From: Lama glama
Lineage: Eukaryota
DNA: 64,000 bases
Assembly (NCBI GenBank): GCA_028534125.1
Contig: CM052816.1
Span: 32,862,001-32,926,000 of the forward strand
Direction: 5' to 3'
Shown here in pieces: positions 13,501 to 25,500 of this stretch. Under the pieces are notes generated by a model. It saw nothing but the letters and a program-made list of their open reading frames with translations. It had not been told where the DNA came from and ran no database searches. Within the stretch, counting starts at the first letter, position 1, and each line of letters begins with the position of its first letter. Both the position numbers and the translations under genes were made by a program.

Positions 13501-16500
13501 ACTTATGGCTAGGATGAAATTAGAGGAGAGAAAGGGAGGACTCTTGTTTAAGATGTTTTAGTGAACCAAAATTGTTTTATAATAAAACATGTGTGTGTGT
13601 GAAAAAGTAAATCACCATTTTATGGTGATACTTCAGTGCACCATGATTTTTGACATCAAAAGTCAAATATATAGTTTTTTAAAAATACCATTTAAATTAG
13701 CTTATTAAAGATTGGGGAAGCATGTTTTTTAAAGTAAAAGCTGAAAATTGCACTTTGGTCAGTATCTCTTTTTTATTTCTATTTTTAAATTCTTTTTTTA
13801 ATTTTGGGGGGGATGTAGTTTTTTTTGTTTTAAATGGAGGTACTGGGAATTGAACTCAGGATCTCATGCATGCTAAGCACGTGCTGTACCACTGAACTAT
13901 ACCTCCCTCCCTCCCAGTTGTTTCTCTTAAAGAAGTAATTGGAGTTCTTTATAAGCCTCTTTAAGAATTAAACGGTGAGGCCACTCCAGTGTTAAAAGGA
14001 TAAAGATATTTTCTGGCAACTAATGTTGCTGCTATTTTGGTGATTGCCTAGGTTAATTAAATAATTTGTGCTCATCTCCAGCTCCACATTTTAGTGTTCA
14101 GCTCATCTGAAACATTTTTGTTAATTGCAGTCCTTGTGCTAATGCTTTTTCGATCTGTGGGCACATTGAAAAGGTGACACTTGGAAAGTGGAGAAATTTT
14201 TCCTGTAACAAATTATTTTGGAAAGTATTTTTCCTGCTATTACAATATACATTTATATGTGTGTATACACTTCTGAATCTTTAAAACACATCAAAAACAT
14301 TCACAGACTGAAAGCACTGAAGTGTAATTTTCATGTATTGAAACTTTGTTTTGTAAAGTTTCTTAGAGAAGTTGGCCTTGAACTGTTAAAAAAAAAAAAA
14401 GTACTCTCCTGTGAGGTTAAAAAAAACAAAACAGTACAGACGAATTTATAAAATGGAAAGCAACACTCTCTTGCCCTACCCCTTTGTATCACAGTTCTGC
14501 TCTCTAGACGTACCTGTTACATGTTGAACTATTCTGGTGGATACTTAAATATTGTAGAGTATACTTGGACAAATTTCTTGTGTTATCAACTTTAGATACT
14601 AGATTGAAGACTTAGTGTATCTTGGTAGATTATTAGGTGAGGGTTTAGTTTACACTTCCTGTTGCCCTCGTCCTCCTTCCAGTACAGTTAAATCACTATT
14701 TTAAGTTGTTTCATTGGTTAATTTTGTGACTTTAAAGTTTTATGAACTTCTGAACAGTATCTCGAGTCTCTCATGAGGTGAGGCATTTAGTGTCCTATCA
14801 TTTCTTCCATTTCTTACCCATTCCCTCAGCTTCTGTCCAGGTGAACCTAACATAAAAGTTAAGATTAATAATGTTTATATTCCATTTTGTAACCTTATGA
14901 AGTCTTATACTTTTTGCTATTGATTCATTGCAAAAGCTGAACAATTAAATATTATAATAGTGTTTGTTATGCATCATGTCTATGTAAGTGTTCTCACAGT
15001 AGAGGCAAGTCTGCATGGCTAGGGTTTTGTTTCTTTTCAATCTGCCATGGTCATGATCCTTTTTTAAGAATCTTGAAGGAGAATGTCCAGGTGAATTCTC
15101 CTGGTCAAAATGATGCCTTTTAATTTTTTCTTTTGGAGAAAGAAGCATATGCTCTCTTCATTATTCCCTGATTCCTTGTAGCTATTCTTGAAATAATTTT
15201 TCCCCATTTGTTCTAATTTTGGCTTTTTGCCTCACGTTTGGACTCTGACTCTCTTGTACATTACCCCTCCGTTCCCAGCATGTCCAGAGTTTCTAGCTGC
15301 CTTCTGTCTCCCCCACCCTACCCCTCATCTGTTCCTTTAATATATGTCCCATCTTACCCTGAATCACACTATCTACAGTATCTAATTCTACAGATTTTTT
15401 TTTTTTCTCCTGGAGAATGCCCTTTTGGAGACCTCCACCCTCCTAGTCTGATCTAGGCTGGTTGCTCCCTAGATTTGCCAAATAACTAGCATGCTAGAAT
15501 TCCCTTCCCCACCTCTCCTAGGTTGTATCTCTTCTCTCTTGAATCGCATGTTTTATGCTTTCTTGGTTTTCATTCTGGTTTTGCTGATGCACTTTCTAAA
15601 GTAATTTCTTTTGAAGGAGTTATTAGGGAGTCAACTTTCTGAGTCCATATATAACTGAAATGTCTATTTGTTTTCTCTTATGTTCCCAGGGCCCACACTT
15701 TCAGTACAAAGGTTCTAGGAGATAACCTTAACACTCTTTTCTTTAGGGCCTGTTTTTTTAATGTGTTTAATTTTTTCTTCATCACGACTTAAATTTTCCT
15801 TAGATGTTGGATGATTTTTTTTTTTGCTGTTTCATATTTAGGATGAGGGGCTTATTTATTGACAGGCTTCTTTACGTTAGTAGATAAGGAGCTAGCTCTT
15901 ACACTGGGGGGCCCTTGAATACCAGTGTGTAGGAGTTTTGCTTTGAGGTGTCAACACCCAGACCTATCTAAGTTAGAAGGGCCTTGAGTATTGTTACTCC
16001 TCTCCTCCAACCCCCGTTTTGTAGGGAAAACTCTTGACTGTCAGAGTGAAAGAAAATTAGATGTTCTTCTATTACATTAAATAGACTTTGCTGTTTGCTT
16101 TTTTAAAAGTTTTGTTTCTCATTCCTGTCTTCCAGCTTACCTTTTCTTCAGTTGGGGCTTTTCTGGATTTCTCTGACTTAGGCACTTTCTTTCCACGTGT
16201 TACATTGTGGTTAATGTCTTGTAGAAATTTGTTGAAATGTGAATTTCTAGTTAAAGATAGTAGATTGAACACAAACACCTGCTCCACTCTAAGGGTTAAG
16301 TTAAAAAAAAATTAAAGCATAAATGCATAAGAAAAGGAAGAATGGGTGAAGAGATGAGCAACAAAATTTGGAAACTGAAGCAAAAGGGAGGGTGGTATAT
16401 GACTTAGCAGACCTGATAGACTGAATGAGAGACTATTGTAGTAGTCAGCCTACTTCAGAATTAGAGAATATTGACAAGTGGCAGAAGTGAATTCATGCAT

Positions 16501-19500
16501 CCTGTGTATATACTGAAAACGCTCATCCTTCCCCTGCTTAGCTCCCAGAATGTGGCAAACTGGCCTTTATCCTCCTAGTAGGAGATTGGAAAGTTCTTCT
16601 CTAGGCAATCTGACTAGCCCATGAGGAAACACCTGAAGATTCTGACATTGGAGGTTTCTCAATTAAATGGCTCAGTTTGATCACCTTAAATGGTGTCTCA
16701 TAGTTGGACAACCCTCCTAATGAGCTTTGTGGTCCGTCAGGCTTAAATATGAACATCTGAAATAGGCCTCAACATGAAAATTAGAGCTTAAAATTAACAA
16801 CAAAAAGCAACAGTCATGGAATAACAGAATAGTATATGAAAGCATAATTTAACACTTAAAAATAGCATTTGGAACCAGGGGGGTAGAGGGTGGGAAGGGA
16901 TAGACTGGGATTTCAAAATTGTAGAATAGATAAACAAGATTACACTGTATAGCACAGGGAAATATACACAAAATGTTATGATAAATCACAGAGAAAAAAA
17001 TGTGACAATGAGTGTGTATATGTCCATGAATGACTGAAAAATTGTGCTGAACACTGGAATTTGACACAACCTTGTAAAATGATTATAAATAAGTAAAAAA
17101 TGTTAAAAAAATAGCATTTGGAGTTTTAAATATGAGAATATGAGCAGAAACAAAAACCTCAATAGATGGTTTGCAAGAGGCCACTTCCCAGAAAGTTAGA
17201 AGGGTGCAGTAAATCAGGGAGGAATTGGCAGAGAGAAGAATCACAGGATCAGTCCCTGAGGCCCTTTTGTATTGAAGGAATGAGTTTCCAAATAGGTAAG
17301 TCCATTGAATGGCTGATGCAGTGGATGAAAAACAGACAACTGGGAAGCTGATTCAGAACATTGAGGACAGAAGGAAGAACCTAGAAGCTCCAGTCTGGGG
17401 AGGGGTGTGGTGAAACAGGTCAGACAAAGGAATCTAAGTGGCTTCAGTCTTCCACATCAAAATTGTAGGCTGGTGGAAGAGAGCACTGTCTTCAAAATAC
17501 TGAAGGAAAGTGATGTCCAATCTAGAATTCTTTACCTAGTCATATTACCAAGTGTGAACAGAGTAAAGATATTTTTGAATTTACAACATCTTAATACTTA
17601 ATCTCCCTTGCATCCTTTCTCCAGGAAGTGTGGAAGGATGTACTTTGTGAGAACAAGGAAGTATGCTGAGAAGGAAGACAAGATAGAAGAAACATGAGAT
17701 TAATACAGGATGGAGGCGTAGGGACCATAGGATGCTAGTGAAAGGACAGCATAGGATGACAGGTGTGTATTGTGTGAAGACAGCAACTAGTCCAGACTTG
17801 GAACAGATCTGAAGGCTCAGCGAGTCTTCAAAATTAAACTAATGTGTCTGAATTAACGTCTTGAGAAAAAAATCCGGGAAACTAGTGGAAGATTGAGTTA
17901 GTGACAAATATAGAGAAAACAAAGCAAAAACAGTGACAAGATATTTACTAATTAGTGGGAGAACAAAGGATTGTGCTTGAAAGGAAAAACATTTGTAACT
18001 TACCGCATGGCTTAGTTGTGAATTGCATTTACAGGATCATAGTTTTGTAAAGACCAAATACTGATCTAACCCTGTGGGTGTGACCTGGGAGTGATTTTGT
18101 TCCCCTCAGGGAACATTTGGCCGTGTCTGGAGGTCTTTTGGTTGACGTAGCTTGCTGGAGGGTGCTACTGACATCTAATAATAGAGGCTAGCGATGCTTC
18201 TGAGTGCCCTACAGCACACAGGACAGCTCCTTTCCACGTGAGTTGTCTGCTCCGAGTGTCAATAGTGCTGAAGTTGACAAACTAACCAAAACTAAGATAT
18301 AATTTTGTTGGGAAGATGGAGAGATAAGAAGGGTGTGTATAATGAGAGTGGGAGGAATAGAATTGATTCTTCATTTCCATAGTAGAAATCAATAGAAAAT
18401 GTCCTCAAATGTCCCAAACTGAGAAAATAAGAAATCGCAGACAGATGCATTTTTGAGATTTGGTGTAAGTTAAACAAATCAAATGAAAGGCTAGTTTTTG
18501 CAGTGCTATTTGTGTACCATCCACTGGTCAGTCTGAGACTTGGGGCAGTGGTCTGTTTCATACATAGTTCAGTTCACAAAGTCTGTGGTTTGCTGTTTTT
18601 AGTCTAATGCAAGTTTGTGCAGCTTGGGGTTGAGCCTCAGAATCTGTAAACAATTTCATGGGACTGTTTTCCTGAGCTGCTCCTTTTTTGCCGTCTTCTT
18701 GGTACTTGACTCTTCCTTTTGAGGAAATTGAATATTGAAAAATGGCAAAAATGGAAAGGCACTCTGCTGCACAGTTCAGGTGACTCTGCTCATGTTTGGG
18801 ACCAAGCGACTGGAGACTAGGAGAAAAAAAAAGGAATGGAGGTTGGCCCTACTCTCTTGGGAACACCCAGCTCTTGTGATAGGAGAGGAAGGTTCTTGTC
18901 CATCAGAGTTTTAGCTTCTGTGGATCCCTGTTAAAGCCTCTGTTGCTGCCAGTGTGGCATTGCTTCGGGACTGGGGGACATGAGAGAATGGAAAGAAGAA
19001 AGGGGGAATTTCCCCCACTGTCTCAGAGTTAGGAGATTCCTTTAGACTTCCTGATTCTTGAGGCAGAGCTGGAGGGCTTTCTGGAGCTTTCTCTGTCCCT
19101 GCCAGTGCTAACTTATAACCCCCAATCCTCTAGGATACTGGAGGGTGGAAAATTGGTAAATTCAGATACTGTTCTTCCTCCCCAGTCTTCCTGCTGCTCT
19201 TTGCTTTTCACAGCCTTCAAATAGCTGTTTTATGTATTTTGTCCAGGTTTTATAGCTGCATTTTATGGGAGGGACAGAGTGGAGTGTGCTTGTTCCATCT
19301 TACCAGGAATAGGAACCTATGTAAGGATTTCAAAGATTAATTAAAATCACCAGTATATGTCACACAGTTTGCTAGACTGTGGGGGAAATAGATGCAAAAA
19401 TATAGTATCTTATCTTGGTGAACTAGTTTGGAAGAGTATAGACACAATAATAGTAAAAATCAGATAATGGCTGTAATGGAGAAGGGGTTGAGAGAGTATA

Positions 19501-22500
19501 TAAATCTGTTCAGAGAAGTCTGATGTACCTGCATAGGAGACATAGTGTTTGTAAGTCACAAGGGATGAATTAAGAGTTAGCTAGATGGACAGGAGAAGAG
19601 AAAAATAGATATAATGTGTGGATGGCAATTTAGGACCGTTCCAAGAATTAAGTATTGCTGGGTATATATAGAGTGATAGGTGTTGGGCGGGTGAGCAGAC
19701 ATCAGATCTTGAATGCCATATAGAAGAGTTCAGATTTTTATGTCTTGGATAATACCACCAAAGTTGCATGTTACATGTCTTGTTCTTAGTGTAGGTGCAG
19801 TTTAAGCTCCTTTTCCCCCCATTGTTTTTCTATATTGAAATGTCTTACTGTTTACTTACACGATCAGATTTTGGAATGTACTTTATTTTTTATAATTTAA
19901 AAGCATTTTTTGATGTTTGATTTGAAACTTGAAAAGAACCAAGAACATTTAGCACCACAGTTAGTGAATAGTGAAAGTGGTCAAACCAGGTAATGCTGTT
20001 TTTAATTTTTAAAAAATGACTAAAAACCAATGGATTTCTTTTATGTAGTTCAGTCTGTCTCCAAAGGTCGCTAGAAAAAAACATTACCAAAAACTAAGCC
20101 AGGAAGAAGCTTAATGGTGGTTGGTTAATGAATGCTGTAAATCAGGTAAATTCTGACTTGTTGCACAGAAAAGGGCTTCATTATCTTAATTGTACATGCA
20201 TCTGTGTAATATAGTGTGCATTTATACTATGTATTAAAATAAATATGTCCTCCCTCCCTCTGAATGTACTTGGAAAGGACAATGTAGGATTTTTAAAAGG
20301 GTTTTGTTTTTTTTTTTTAAATGAAGTACAGTCAATTACAATGTGTCAGTCTCTGGTATACAGCACAATGTCCCAGTCATGCATATACATACATATATTT
20401 TCATATTTTTTTCTATTAAATATTATTACAAGATATTGAACATAGTTTCCTGTGCTATACAAAAGAAACTTTTTAAAATCTGTTTATATGTAGTGGCTAA
20501 CATTTGTAAATCTCAAACTCCCAAATTTATCCCCTCGTGCCTCCCCTCTTTCCCTCAGTAACCATAAGATTGTTTACTAAGTCTGCAAGTCTGTTTCTGT
20601 TTTGTAGATTAGTTCATAGTGTCCTTTTAAGATTCCACATATGAGTGATATCATATGGTATTTTTCTCTTTCTGGCTCACTTCAGTTAGAATGATGATCT
20701 CTAGGTCCATCCATATTGCTGCAAATGGCCTGATTTTATTCTTTTTTATGGATGAGTAGTATTCCATGGTATAAATATACCACAACTTTTTTATCCAGTC
20801 ATGTGTCGATGGACATTTAGGTTGGTTCCATGTCTTGGCTATGGTATATAGTGCTGCTGTGAACACTGGGGATATATACCCTCTGGATATATACCCAGAA
20901 ATGGGGTTGCTGGATCGTATAGTAAGTCTATTTTTAGTTTTTTTGAGAAGTCAGTGTTTTTCATTATGGTTGCACCAAACTACATTCCCACCAGCAGTGT
21001 AGGAGGGTTCCCTTTTCTCCACACCCTCTCCAGCATTTAACGTTAGTGGACTTTTGAGTGATGGCCATTCTGACTGGTGTGAGGTGATACCTCATTGTAG
21101 TTTTGATTTGCATTTCTCTAATAATTAGTTGTATTGAGCATTTCTTCATATGTCTATTGGCCATTTGTATGTCTTCATTGGAGAAATGCTTATTACGTCT
21201 TCTGCCCATTTCTGGATTGGGTTTTTTTGTTAAGTTGTATGAGCTGCTTATATAGTCTGGCAATTAAGCCTTTGTCAGTCACATCATTTGCAAATATATT
21301 CTCCCATTCTGTAGATTGTCGTTTTGTTTTGCTTATGGTTTCCTTTGCTGTGCAAAAGCTTTAAAAGGGAGTATATTTGAAAGTTATTTTGAACTCAGTT
21401 TCTTCAGATGAGCTCTTTAGGAAATCTAATTTATTAATGAGTCTATTAATTTATTTCTTTGTAATACTTTAACTACGATGATTAAGCAGCCAACATCTTT
21501 CCTGTTTGATTGTATGAATATATTTGCACATATTCTTTAAGAATAAAATGTTTCCAGACATGGGAGGAAATCCTAGCAAAAGTTGTTTCCTTGCCCACTT
21601 TCAATTTATTGTTAGTGAGCTCTTAAGTTCATCTCTGTACTTGTGAACAGAGAGTAGATGGCTCTTAAGAAACTCTCTCATGAGTAATGCTGCGACAGCT
21701 GAGGTGGTTCTGTGGGCTGATGTAGTTTGCTTGGCCTCGACTTGGGCTCCACTGGCCAAGACAGCAGTCTGAATTCTCCTAACAAAGGTCTGCTCTCTGA
21801 CTCTGTGACGGATGTCCCTGTTGATGCAGCAGTGGCTGCCCGGGCTTCTGCTGTTGAGGGTCTGAGGAGGGCCGAGGAGGAGGAGTTGGTCAGGGTCGAG
21901 CTCGCAAAGGTGGCAGAGGAAACTGTCACCCTGCTATAGGTGCTGGCAGCCTAGGGGAGGCTCTGTGGGGCGCTGAAATGGAGGCCAAGCCTGACTGCCT
22001 TGGAGAGCCTGAAGCAGAACCTGTCTTAGAGTTGGCATGACCTGCAGGTCTCTAACACCTGCATGAAAACTTCTGAACAACTTGGAGAGTGGGATGAGAA
22101 AGTGACCCAGTCGGACCTCTGCAAGAAGACTTGGGAAACACTCTCTCAGGTGGGATGGAAGACTTCAACTGCCTTGTCTACCCTGGGCTCTGCCATCAGC
22201 AGGAATCTCGAGGCAGGAGGAATTCTGCAACCTTCATGTCATTTGAAGACTGAGTTAGGACCATAAAATCTACGGTTTTGAGTGGCAGAGAGAATGACAG
22301 TGACAGCCTTCCCTCCTTGACCGGTAGTGGTGACAGAATCTTCCCCGATCACATGTCCTTCTAATCCCATAGTGGCTTCACCACAGAACAAGCACACCCT
22401 CATCGCCACAACTATGACTTCGGGCAGTGCAGTGCGGCAGCCAGCCAGGCCGCGGTGAATGCCTAGAGCCGGTTTTGAGGACAGTCATGCCATCCACATG

Positions 22501-25500
22501 GAGATGTGGCTACTGCACTCGCATGGGTTAGAAAACACGTCTTGTACACAGATACTTTGCACTATGTTGGCAGATGCTGCAGATCACTGTGGCACCTTGC
22601 CTTGGGGGCAGGAAGTGGGCAGGGTGGCGGGTCCCAAGGTGTGAAGAGCCAAAGCCCTGCTCCCTTTGGGAATCTTGTTAGTTCATCTACATGTTGAAAG
22701 GGTGGGAAGAATAAGTATAAAATGTGTGGTGTTTTCTAAACTTCTTTCAGAAGGAGTCATCCAGAAAGCCCTGCCTGCTCTGCAGTTTATTTCAGAAAGC
22801 TAAACAAGAAAACTGTCCATTTTCAGAGACCTTCACAGGAAAGAACCTGATTATCAGCAGCTGCCTAATTGTTATACTAGTGATCTAGCTTTAACAGAAG
22901 CAAATTCTTTATTTTTTAAAAATGCAGTGGATGTTTCAAAAATTAAAACTAAAGCAGTTTTTAAAAAATTGTTATAAATGAAATGCATGTGGTACCTCTT
23001 TTCATCTTCCCTGTAGTGATTTCCTATTTGCTTCGCTTCCTTGACCAGCAGTACTCTTGGTCCCTTTTCTATATTGGTGGATCAGAGATGGAGCAGTTAA
23101 AAAGGTTGAAATAAATGGTTATGGTTTGTAAATGTAATTTTTATGTTTTTTGTTTTTGACAGCCGATTTATTTTGCATATTCCCAGCGAGGAAAGAGACA
23201 ATGCTATCCGAGTGTGTTTTCAGATTGAACTTGCCCATTGGTTTTACTTGGATTTCTACATGCAGAACACACCAGGATTACCTCAGTGTGGGATAAGAGA
23301 CTTTGCTAAAGCTGATATCCTTTTTATTACTATAATGACTGTCTTTCATGCTTGTTAATAAGATATTTTAGCGCAAATTTCCTTTTGTTTGTCTTTGGAA
23401 TTTATAACATATTAGATAAAATATACTTGATTTCTAAAAATTGTCAAATATATAAAACATATGATTTGCCCCTAATTGTGGTAGGCACAGTTTGATAGTA
23501 TAGTTGTATGTCAGTAGTCAGGACGAGGGGTGGTTCCAGGACCCATCTCCCTCCCCAGGTTATCAAAATCTGTGGATGCTTAAGTCTCTTAGACTATGTA
23601 ATATGGTCTAGTACAGTCGGCTCTCCATATCTGTGGGTCCCACATCTGTGGATACTGGAGGGCTGACTGTATTCTTACTATGTAGTTAACCCCTTGAAAT
23701 GTGCACTGATAATTAGCATTAAATTTGATTTTCTTTCAGAAATAACTTGCCTATTTCTAGAACTGATCTGTGTTTTACTATCCTCTTGCTGGTCCTCTTA
23801 AGTGGATGATCTTAATTCAGATTTACTATCTTTGTGGGATAGAAATTCTTAAATATTGAATACTTACTATGTTTAAAGATGTGTTTTTGGTTCTGTGAGA
23901 AATACAAAGAAGTCTTTGCCTTCAGAGAAGCTTTTTTCCCCTCCCTATTTACAAATAAGATAGAAACTTGTCATAATTTGTTAATCATAAAAGTCACATG
24001 AATATTTAAGATTATAAAAGAACTATGTTATAAGGCAAAAAGATGAATTGCTAATGCTAATGATATTAAATGTTTTTAGAATTTGGCACAAGATGAAAAG
24101 ATTTTAGGCAAACCTGTGTTTTTAAGGAAATGTAGAATTTTCTAAATAGACAGGGTAGGGAAATAGGTTCCAGGGAAAGAAAAGGGATTGAGGAAAATGG
24201 GAGAGTCAGAAAGGATAAGGATTATCTCAAGAAGTAAATTAGTTTATATTGAGGTTCTTACAGAGATCTAAGAGGAGGTATGGATGGAAGATATATAGTG
24301 GGGTTTGTGAGTTTTTAAATCTTGAGCCAAAGTTCTTTGATTTTTATTCTCTAAGTCATTTTTTTAAACCATAAATTGTGTGGTCAGATGAAATTGTACC
24401 CACAAGTTCACTGTGCTACACTAGAGTTGGAATAGGAGTAAGTAACCTAAAATAACCCTCATACTCGGCTCCCTGTGCTTTTTCTTTAGCCCCGTGAAAT
24501 GAGGAACCCCCTAGGGCTCTGCAGAAAATGGTTGAAACTCTGTCTATTCTATTTAACTGTTGATGATTGAAAGTTTTTGAGCAAGACTGAGGGATATTTC
24601 TCAGATCATTTGATAGTGGTATTTAATACTTACTTTGTAGAAAAGGTTGAACCACAAGGAGGACCGTTAACATTACTTCAGATTTGTAGCAGTAAGGTCC
24701 TGACCCATAGTAGAGGGACTACACAGAAGAGACTGAAGAGACAGATTTCAATGGCATTTTTGAGCATGTCTTTGTTAAAGTCTTGGTAATAGGTTCTGTG
24801 AAGAAGTCACAGAAGACTGTTTTTGAGGAACTATAATCTAGTTACAGAAACAGGCAGATCCTCTTCTGTGATTTTGGTTTATTTTGCATAGATGTAGGGT
24901 TTTGCCAAAGCAGCTTTATATACTTGGGGGTTCTGGATAAGGTTTTGTGTGTGTAAGCATGTGAGTTTTAAATTTTCCTTGTTATTTTTTAAAGGCCTCT
25001 ATTTTAATTAGGTTTTTTCCCTCCATACAACTGAATTAAACATTTCTTGCTAATATGGTAGACTTCGTTAAATAATTGAGTGCTTCCTCTATGCCAGGCA
25101 TTGTGCAGTGAACAAGGTAGATTCAGCCCCTTCTTCAGGGAGATGAGAGACAAGAAAGGACATGATTACAGTGCAGTCTCACAGTTTTGATAGCATAGGG
25201 TTCAGTAGGAACAGGAAAGATGGCTACTCAACCCAGATTTGAAATTAGGTAAAAGTGTTCTTTGAAAGAAGGCTCTTGTAGCCCATGTTGGTTTGGACTT
25301 TATCCATAAGAATAATAAGAGAATATAGGAGATTTTTAAATTTTACATTTTATTTTGGGAAAAACCTAACAGAAGTTAAAAGAATATTACAGTCAACTGC
25401 CATTATACCCTTCTTATGTATTCACCGTTGTTAACTTTTTGCCACGTTTCCTTTATTTCTTTCTAGGGTTGTTTAGGAAGACAGTTCTGAAATAGTGTAG

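Noticed and set aside
13836..13912. tRNA-like sequence on the minus strand
   Set aside because: It has an A-rich tail and a degenerate cloverleaf, so it is a tRNA-derived SINE and not a tRNA gene.
20651..21263. L1 ORF2-like ORFs (also 37063-37362)
   Set aside because: Truncated, frameshifted fragments of non-autonomous L1 copies, not genes.
21727..22266. TPD52L2-like ORFs as a functional retrogene
   Set aside because: Lost ATG, several premature stops and a frameshift.
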